DNA from: Octopus bimaculoides
Lineage: Eukaryota
Assembly: GCF_001194135.2 (NCBI RefSeq)
Contig: NC_068998.1
Coordinates: 22,055,808 to 22,089,582 of the forward strand
Length of the DNA: 33,775 nucleotides
Direction of reading: 5' to 3'
Of the stretch, positions 22,811-31,140 are shown piece by piece (the stretch's first letter is position 1; each line of letters opens with the position of its first letter). Both the position numbers and the translations under genes were made by a program. The notes under the pieces were generated by a model. The model was not told where the DNA came from. It saw nothing but the letters and a program-made list of their open reading frames with translations, and did no database searches.

Positions 22811-24040
22811 ATGGCTGCCACATTCATCACATCCGAGATGAACAGAACAAACGAAAACTTTTGCGATGAAGAGAATTATATATCCGAAAAGCAAGGAAAC
22901 AGTAGTGGAAAATCCAAGACATTGGCGTTGTGGGTGGTTTTATAAAGGTTGCGGAGCTAAACTGCATACAGCTTACAAAAACAGTAAACCAGAAATACAT
23001 TTTTCATCGGAATGTAATCACTCTGCAATTAATCACTCTGCAATTAATCACTCTGCAATTAATCACTCTGCAAGCAGTGCACAAGTCAATGCTCGAAAGG
23101 TAGTTGACTCAATGAAGAATGAAGTATCGAAAATAGGCACAGTATCTTTTCGGGAAGTAATTGCTGCTGTTGTACAAAATCTCGATGAGGAAACAAAATC
23201 ACAGTTACAAACCATCCCTGAGCTTTCGCGTAACATACGCAACTGGAGGCAGCGTGCTTTAGGGACACCAGCACTTCCGACTTGTAGGTCAGGGTTTGAA
23301 ATACCTGATACAGTTAAGTTTTTAGAAGATAGGTTCTCGGTTTTGGTCTTTGACAGTAGCATTGATGACCCAGGCAGAATTTTAGTTTTTTCCTCAGAAA
23401 AAGGCTTGGATTATCTAGAAACCGCGAAGAGTTGGGCCTGTGATGGAACTTTCAAGGTATCTCCTAGTTTGTGGAGTCAGTTAGTGACACTACATACCAT
23501 CACTGGACGTTTGTGTGTGCCCCGACTTTTTGCCCTACTTCCCGAAGAATAGAAGTGTCACATCATCGTCTTCTTTCTTTTGTACGTGATTTAAGACCAA
23601 ATTGTCGACCTGTAACCTGCCCGATGGACTTTGAAAGGGCTCTCCATTATGCATTTATTTCTCTATTTCCGTATTCAAAAATAGTTGAGTGTGTTTCTCA
23701 TCTCGGACAGACTTGTTGACGGAAGATAGGTGCACTTGACCAGAGTGTGAGATACAACAGAGATGGAAGTTTTCAGTTTAAAATGAAGTGTTTTTGTGCT
23801 TTAGCATTTTTGCCAATTGAAGACGTTGCCAATGAGTTTATCCCCTATTTTGAGATTACATACGTTGGAATTATTAGGGTACGCGGTCCTCGTCGGCAAA
23901 GAGAAATCCCACATTTTCCTGTACAACTCTGGAATGTACGTGATCACATCTTAAAAGACTTACCAAGGCCAAATAATTGTTTAGAAGGGTTCCACAATAC
24001 TTTGCGCACATCATTGACATCCACACATCAATTCAAATAG
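22811..24040 (+). pseudogene. FLYWCH-like zinc finger plus MULE (Mutator-like) DDE transposase pseudogene
   Basis: ATG at 22811 with a frameshift into ORF 22866-23552. Motifs: HWRC..GC.AKL.T..NH finger, WACDGTFK (D at 23442), QLVTLH..VPRLFALLP, MDFE (D at 23627), CVSH (CxxH) and NNCLEGFHN (E at 23984). Contains internal stops, frameshifts and deletions. Confidence 0.92.
23016..23073 (+). repeat. 15-bp tandem repeat AATCACTCTGCAATT x3.9 (in frame, NHSAI)
   Basis: Three perfect copies plus a 13-bp partial copy. Confidence 0.95.
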
Positions 24041-24201
24041 ATTATAAAGATTATTTTCTACCTCACCTTCAGACTCTCTCTTTCTCTTCTTAAGACTTGA
24101 CTGACGGATAGATTAAATAACATAGGCATTGACCCACGGTCTTGAGAAACTGAACACGGTGATTATTAGCGGGAGCAACTTATATTGGAAGTCTGTCCAT
24201 G

Positions 24202-24311
24202 GGTGGAATTTTCCATGCTGGAATATACCGTGGTGGAATTTACCTATGGTGAAATTTACTTGGTGGAAAATTCCGTGATGAAATTTAACGCGGTGGAATT
24301 TATCTGGTACC
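24202..24311. repeat. Seven ~15-bp units, consensus GGTGGAATTTACCGT
   Basis: Units start at 24202, 24217, 24232, 24248, 24262, 24277 and 24292, followed by GGTACC. Confidence 0.9.
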
Positions 24312-24685
24312 ATTTATGCTACGTTTTTCTTCATTTTCGTCATTTCTTTATTCCTTTTCTCCTGTTCTCTATGTCATCATATCATTAATGTATACCCTTC
24401 ACATTTTCGCTATTTGTCTCCGATGACAGAATATCCCATTCTTTGGGATATCCCAGAAACAGTTGTAAGACTTTGAATTTTTCTAATAATAATAACGTAT
24501 AAGACTTGAGATATTTGCTGTCCTGTTTAACAATTATGTATCCGCTATATTGGAAATCTACAGTGGTTCCATAACTCCCATCTCGGCTATGACCTGAAAT
24601 TCCTGGTAATCCGTTACAGCACTTACTCAGTGTACCAAGTCCTTTAGATCACCTATGAACTAAACCCCCATATTTTGAACACAAA

Positions 24686-24724
<39 letters not shown>

Positions 24725-24770
24725 CCCCCCACACACACATACACCCTCCCACACACACAAATATATATAT

Positions 24771-24902
24771 ATCCACTTACAAGGCTTTCGTCAGCCCGAG
24801 GCTATACCAGAGGGCACCTGACCAAGGTGTCACGCAGTGGGACTGAATTCGGAACCATGTGGTTGAGAAATAAGCTTGTTACCTCCCTGCCAATCCTGCA
24901 CC
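24771..24902 (-). mobile_element. tRNA-derived SINE head (same family as 10797-11080) with a (TA)/(TG) tail
   Basis: Minus strand GGTGCAGGATTGGCAGGGAGGTAA..AACCACATGGTTCCGAATTCAGTCCCACTGCGTGACACCTTGG..ATAGCCTCGGGC..AAAGCCTTGTAAGTGGAT, with A-box-like and B-box-like segments. Confidence 0.85.
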
Positions 24903-24984
24903 TATATATATGCGACAGTACCCTGTACTCTTCTCTCTCTCTATTCCTTTTCTAATTCTTTTTTCTTTCCTTCACCAATTTCTA

Positions 24985-25102
24985 TCTGCCTGTCTGTCTG
25001 TCTGCCTATCTGCCTGTCTGCCTGTCTGCCTGTCTGTTTGTCTGCCTGTCTGTCTGTCTGCCTGCCTGTCTATCTGCATGTCTGTCTGCATGTCTGTTTG
25101 TC
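24985..25102. repeat. (CTGT)/(CTGC)n compound tetranucleotide repeat
   Basis: Direct reading. Confidence 0.9.
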
Positions 25103-25533
25103 TCTCCCTCTTTCTCATGTATTCTCTATCGTTGCTCACACGTGACCATCGTCCTTCTTTCTTTTCCTCTCGTGTTCATTCTTTACTGTCAGTCTGTCTT
25201 ACAGAGCAGACGCATTCTTATCTGTCTCTCCTTCTATATTTTCTTTTGTCAAAGACAATATTCCTCCAGCGTTCGTTATCTTATCTCGTCTGGCCAGACA
25301 GCCCTACATGTTCGTTTTCGTTTAGTTTGTTGTATGACTCCGCTGACCGGTTTTGCTTAGCAACTTTGACCCTCCGCAAATCCCTAATTTTATCTTGGCT
25401 TTTGTAGAAGCAACTACCTTTCGAAGCCTCATATTGTCGTTAATTGCTCTAAATCAGGAGGTGAACAGCCGACAACTGATGAAGGGTCATTCTTTATATA
25501 ACTTGTCATGTTTTCCTTGTTTCTCTCGTTGTT

Positions 25534-25537
<4 letters not shown>

Positions 25538-25573
<36 letters not shown>

Positions 25574-25583
25574 NNNNNNNNNN
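25538..25583. repeat. (TA)n running into a 10-N assembly gap
   Basis: Direct reading. Confidence 0.9.
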
Positions 25584-26481
25584 TAAAGATTCATGTAATC
25601 TCACTGCTATTTAGAAGTAAAATATGTATATTTCTATATAAAAACCATTTATTATGAGAAAATATTTTTATTATCATTTATATATGTTCCTGTAATTGAT
25701 ATTTGCCATCTATTTATTCTACTTGACATTATATATAACGTTATTAATTATCAGATTAAAAATAACTATTTCGGGGCTTTTAATTGTTCATTTTATTCCT
25801 GTCGAAAACTTTTTTCTTATTTTAACAAGAAGCACATCTACTTGAAATATTGATTTCAAAGTTGAATTATGTGAGACAAATTAAAATTTTAATTGCTTGT
25901 ATATTCAGAACAATATATTATTGTTACTTTTAGGAAAAAAAATTGTGGCTTTACTTTGCAACTCGGTTTCTATTTTGAATTTAGCTACTCAATTTAATTT
26001 TCGATTACATCTAATCTAATTTAAATCCCTAAATATTCTGGTTTCAAACCCTAAAAAATATCAATCAATTTTTATTATTCCAAGGTCAATGAATTAGATG
26101 TAGAGGAATGACAAGGTTTGTTTTCACCGCTTAAAACATTTAAAAACGATGTATTAACTAATGAGTTGTCCAATAATGTCATAAAATATAGGTGGTTGAT
26201 ATTGTGTAGCCTTAGGTTAGCTGTGATTGAACTCTCCTATGCAACTGTTGTAGTAAAGCAAGTAACCAAGTGCGAACCAAGTAATATAGGTAAAATAGCA
26301 GCTTCAACCCCTGGCTGCCTCCATATATTAATACATTTTCTGTTTTACTTAGCTTATTATGAGGGATAATGTAATGGGAAGATGTTGCAATAGCGAGCTA
26401 AGCTTTTAAAGATCATGAGAAATATCTATCGAATATTACTTTTAATTACTGGTAAAGATTACGGAAGTTTAAACGGTGCCG

Positions 26482-27179
26482 GTGTAGTATATGAAGTACA
26501 TGTCATTGTGATCTACAGCAACTTAAATCTAAACTAGCTTGTGATCTACATTCAAAATCTTGACACAATTCAGGAGCAGACTTCCCTGAAAATATTGAAC
26601 CAGTCGCTTATAGACCTCCTGCTCCTTCCAGTCATTTCTTCAGTTAAATTGAATGAGTGATCTTTTACAAAATAAAAACCAGTTCCAAAATTTCACATAA
26701 TGTCAGTTTACAAATGGTTTTCCGATTCAAATCAGTGTAATGGAAAACCATATTTTCATGGCGTACAGACATAAACGACTGGCATCCCCGCTTTGTACAG
26801 CGGAAAACAGGACGGGATTCACCTCTTATATTTCTTCGTTTTTCCTCTATTTCTTCTTCACATTTGCTGCATGGATCAATATCTCCATGTTCATAAAGGT
26901 GTTCATAGCGTCGGAGAAATTCTATTGCATCTTCTTCATCTCGAATAACCTGTGTGTAAAATTATTTTGCTCTCATCATGACATCTTTCAATGCGCTCAG
27001 GACTAAAAGTGTTTAAATCATAAAGGTTTTTTTAAAATTTTTATATCCCAAACCAATCGGAATTCGAGTAACTAGATAAATTTTAAATGTAGATCAAAAT
27101 GTCGGTGTAGATTACAAACTATACCACTTGAACTAATGTAGATCACAAGATAAACCAGAAACATGTATATAGACCACAC
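26482..27179 (-). mobile_element. Merlin (IS1016/IS1595-related) DNA transposon, internally deleted
   Basis: An N-terminal transposase relic is flanked by inverted sub-terminal repeats: TTGTGATCTACA at 26506 and 26539; TGTAGATCAAAA, TGTAGATTACAA and TGTAGATCACAA at 27088, 27106 and 27137. There are also degenerate outer inverted segments (GTGTAGTATAT..TACATGT vs ACATGTATATAGACCACAC). Confidence 0.75.
26570..27000 (-). pseudogene. Merlin/ISXO2-like transposase N-terminal half
   Basis: A 98-codon stop-free stretch (26961-26668) that is not in the ORF track: FYTQVIRDEEDAIEFLRRY..DPCSKC..RPVFRCTKRGCQSFMSVR..LTLCEILELVF. After a frameshift it continues TGRSRRSISDWFNIFREVCS*. The CxxC..CxxxxC ribbon and DW.N..REVC motif are typical of Merlin; the DDE region is absent. 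Confidence 0.8.
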
Positions 27180-27261
27180 TTACACTTATTACAAAACAAT
27201 GAGCAGACACATACCTATTCAAAATCATGTTTGCATGCCTGCATATGTATACACACTTAAA

Positions 27262-27361
27262 CACACACACACACACACACACACATACACACATTCTCTC
27301 CCTCCTTCCCATTCTTTCTCTCTTTGTCACTCTCTCTCATACACACACACACGCACACACA

Positions 27362-27403
<42 letters not shown>
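27262..27403. repeat. (CA)n/(CT)n compound microsatellite
   Basis: Direct reading. Confidence 0.9.
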
Positions 27404-27407
<4 letters not shown>

Positions 27408-28081
27408 AATGTGAAAGCAGTACAATTGCTTCGGGTTTATGGTCGGATATATTAATTCCTAGCCAGAGTGATTTCTTTGAGAATTACTCATGACATCCAG
27501 TAAAAAGATTTCGCCTAATGGAAAATTAGTCAGTTTAGAATAATATATTCACTCAACAAATTTTGTTTTCTAAATTATTATCTAGATTACAATTTAGCAA
27601 AATAAAATTACATATAGGTGTTAAAGACATTGTGATGTAATACCAATTCTAGTGAAACTATTTAACGCTGGTCATCAAACTTGGAAATAATAATGCTGTG
27701 AGTAAAAGACATCGTTATTACAGTAAATAATATTATTTTAATCATTTCGGAAAGAAAGACTGTTTGGCTTGCATATATTTACATTTTATAGGTGTTGCTC
27801 AGTAATGCATAGGCTTTGCTACAACTATTTAAATAATGATCAGCTATTACTTAGTCTGTTTACTGCGTATTGTATGACAAGTAACAGTAAAGTGTGTGTG
27901 CGTGTAGGTGTGTGTGCGTGTGTGCGTGTGTGAGTGAGTTTGTGTATATGTATGATCTATGTTATATATATATAGTCAATTCAAATAAACAATCATTTCA
28001 AGTAAACGAATAAAATTAGCGAAAAACCAGAGGACGTGTACAAGACACGCATTAGGTTCGTGCTCGATGAATAGAGAGAGT

Positions 28082-28110
28082 TTGACATTTCGAGTATAGT
28101 TCTTCGTCGG
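28082..28110 (-). ncRNA. Minimal hammerhead-like motif (left arm)
   Basis: Minus strand CCGACGA-A-GAAC-TAT-ACTC-GAAA-TGTC-AA. U4->C; helix II partly eroded; ACGT decayed to ATGT. Confidence 0.55.
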
Positions 28111-28249
28111 CAAGGAGAAAAAGAAAAGTCCAAAGAATTAAAAGGAATTGACAACAGCACGTGTGTAATTACATTACAATCAGCAACGTAATTACACACT
28201 CGCTGTTGGCTATTTCTTTTCCTTCTTTAGACTTTTCCTTTTCTAATTT

Positions 28250-28278
28250 CTGACGAAGAGCTAGGCTCCAAACATCAA
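28250..28278 (+). ncRNA. Minimal hammerhead-like motif (right arm)
   Basis: CTGACGA-A-GAGC-TAG-GCTC-CAAA-CATC-AA has an intact CUGANGA and a perfect 4-bp helix II. G12->C; ACGT decayed to ACAT. Confidence 0.6.
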
Positions 28279-28569
28279 ACTCTCAATTTTTACCGAGTGT
28301 CAAGCTACATTTCTTGTACACACACTCTTGTTGTCCGTTAATTTTACTCGTTTATTTGAATTGAATATTTACTGCACGCTCGCTCGGACTGTCCACGTCC
28401 TTCCAACTAATTTGGAGTACCTGATTCATGGATTTCTTCCTCTATCCTTGGATTACGTTACTTTAAAATTTCTTCGGAGTACGTCATTTGTGCACTTTTG
28501 AATATACATATATCTATGCTTAGGTATATTTATTTGTTAATGCGAACAACAATACCAGCTGAACACTCC

Positions 28570-29205
28570 ATAGTGGGAAAAGCAATTTGCAGAATGCGTT
28601 AACAACGTTTTCAATCCATTTTCTTCAATAAAAAATCTATTGCACACCTGCTACAGTTTAAATTGAAATACAAGTTTATTGACCAATTCACACTTTCAAA
28701 TGTCATGAATGCAAACTCAGTTGTCCAGAACCACAGCCATTGGAGCAGAAAGCATTCAACCGAAATGTGCCAAGTGACCGTGACAATTTCTCTTGTGCAG
28801 ATGACTGACATTTACCGGCCAGTCTCGACTGAAAATGAAAATACGGCAGGTTTTTAATTATCGCATCATAAACTCCTTGTATAAAACAAAACCACCTGTC
28901 ATGCAGCAACCACAGAGGTACACCTTCTTGCTGATCGCTGGCAAGTGATGTTACTATATTTCTCAAGCCCCATTCGGGACACCTAGATCAGAGCCTGTTC
29001 GTAGAGAATAAATACGGCTTTCGTGCAGGGAAGGGTATTGCCATACCACAACACCTCAGTATCTTCTATATGTAAATTGCACTGCAAAATTGATACCACC
29101 TTTTTGAACTTGTCGAAGGTATTCAACATTTTCCCAGCAAATGAGCCGCTGAAACTACTTCATCGAATTAGTCTTTCCTTTCTGAAGACGGTTGGAGATA
29201 GTAAA
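28570..29205 (+). pseudogene. Decayed RTE-like LINE ORF2/RT fragment
   Basis: Collinear motifs: WEKQF..VN (cf. RWAEHF..VLN), LSRTTAIGAESI (cf. LSSGKAPGxDxI), IINSLYK, NHRG..LLIAGK (28908 onward), KYGFRAGKG (GFR at 29016-29024) and TFLNLSKVFN (cf. FVDLTKAFD). Confidence 0.7.
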
Positions 29206-30251
29206 TAATACATTCAATAGGAAGAGCGATTATGTTGGATCTTAAATTTCTCCTCCTAATATCATTGACAGTAATGTCGCAATGAAAATATAGGGAGAAA
29301 GTGAATGTAGTATGTGGAAAAAGGAAACCGATTCCAAAAATAAATAATACAACAATGAAATGAATCTTTATCTGCGGATATTTTATCATGTCATTTGAAT
29401 GCTTGAATAGAAGCTGAGGTGCAACTGTATTAAAAACTTGATTCATGAATTATTTATGAAACAGGTCTGCAGAGAAGTGTGTGTAATACAAAAATAACAT
29501 TTAGCTTTTCAAGAGTCCGTCATAAATGCTGCATAACAATTCGAAGAGAAATCAGAGAAATTCGTAGTTGTTAATGATATTAACAACACCAAAATACTAA
29601 GAACTTGCAAGTTTAGTAAGTACTTCAAGAGAAAATGGTACGACTTAAAATAATCACAGGCTTCAGTTGCTTTGCATAATATTCAACATCTGTAAATAAG
29701 TGTAACTGCATTTACTTAGACTAGAGTACATGTAGCCCCGTGATATTTAGACTTCCTTATTATTCATTGAAGGTTTGTGGATTTATTCAACAATATCTCC
29801 AAATACAAGTAGCTGCACCAATTTCTATTTCATATTGATTTTTTTTTCTTTTGCACTTGTATTTATAGGTTTTAGAATATATCACACAAAGCCTTTCAGT
29901 TGTTGAATATATGTGTATTCAATGCATTTGACATAAGTTTACTGGCGACTCATGCAACATATATGGCTTCCCAGTATAGATTTGAAAAATATTGAATGCG
30001 AGTTGGATATTTCAGAATCACTGGCGATAATTCGTGCAATTTATTCTAACAATTTGATTCGCATCGTTAAATTGGTTCGGACGGACATGGTTTATTACAA
30101 TGATGCATATTATTGAATTTCATCCATTATTTCAGTGTTTCACTCATGTTTCTGTCATTCAGAACAACTATAGAAACAGTCTTGCTAATTTTCAAAATGT
30201 TCGCTAATACTTACAATTTTTGTTATCATCCAGGTGAAATAGATACAGAAA

Positions 30252-30254
<3 letters not shown>

Positions 30255-30303
<49 letters not shown>
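30255..30303. repeat. (TA)n microsatellite
   Basis: Direct reading. Confidence 0.95.
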
Positions 30304-30305
<2 letters not shown>

Positions 30306-30307
<2 letters not shown>

Positions 30308-31140
30308 TAGCTGACGTGCACGGTAATTCGCGGAAAAGCGGTTCCGTTCTCATAATCTCATAATTCTTTCGCTAATCCAACAGCAACATTTTAAAGTATG
30401 TAGCCGTTAAAACGGTTTTTGTGCATTTACAGAGAATAACGAACTGTCTTACGCAGGATCGTGTTTTTAGGAAGTTATGAATACTCCGAAAAGGACTTTA
30501 GTGCGTTCCCAGAGTATATAGAACATAGGAGGAAATACTAGTAAGGTATGTATACTAAAATCTTGGAGAATGTTGTGTAATAACAGGCTAATCAGATATG
30601 AGATAACAACAATTCAAAGTAAATAACTCTGAAAAGTGCTTTTGTGTGTTCCCAGGGAATATTACTCTCACGTTTGCTAGTGTTGTTATATTCGTGAATA
30701 AGTCACTAACCGAAATCAGTGGATCTATTGTTTAGGAAAATACTATTTACTTGTTTAAGGTTTATACTCGATAAATTGCGGGAATAAGTCTAACAGTTCA
30801 ATTACTAAGAAATGAGGATACTCAATTTCCTTTTTACCAAATAATTTAGGAAAATGAATGGGTTATTTCTCTTGGCTATATATGAGGATCACTTCCAGGG
30901 GTGAATGGTGTATTTCCCTCGGTTTTTAAAATAAAATATATTAGATTTATATAAAGATTCCTTCCAGAGGCCCTATCATCGGCATTTTCAACAATCTGAG
31001 TATGTTATGAGGTTTTCAAACATGTGTTCTACACACCTGTCTTGTTTAATCAAAATCGATAAAACTATGTAGGAGGAGTTAGCTAACAACTCCACACCCA
31101 CACACCCGCAGACAGAATTTCTCACATATGTAGTATAAAT
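30306..31140 (+). mobile_element. Possible non-autonomous Helitron-family element (Lep1/DINE-like ends)
   Basis: Starts ACTAGCTGA right after a TA array and ends ATCAAAATCG..AGGAGGAGTTAG..CACACAC..CAGACAG..TATA, resembling invertebrate non-autonomous Helitron termini as recalled. No clear Rep or helicase motif. Confidence 0.35.

Larger units (their letters stand above)
22811..24311 (+). mobile_element. MULE (Phantom-like) DNA transposon remnant; only the right terminus is recognisable
   Basis: The transposase is followed by a 15-bp tandem array ending in GGTACC. No matching left array is visible. Confidence 0.7.
27976..28364. repeat. Fold-back (inverted repeat) element, arms ~197 and ~177 bp with a 15-nt spacer
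   Basis: The reverse complement of 27976-28172 aligns with 28188-28364. The inner ~97 nt are gapless with 19 mismatches by manual count. The spacer is 28173-28187. Confidence 0.9.

Noticed and set aside
24113-24388. ORFs with KFHHG / VEF periodicity; also the array as a CRISPR-like locus
   Set aside because: Both come from the 15-bp tandem array, which has no spacers; no cas genes and a eukaryotic context.
24431-24455. Overlapping palindromes ATATCCCA/TGGGATAT and TGGGATATCCCA
   Set aside because: Short and isolated, with no supporting context.
26740-27006. 88-aa plus-strand ORF
   Set aside because: Antisense shadow of the Merlin transposase relic.
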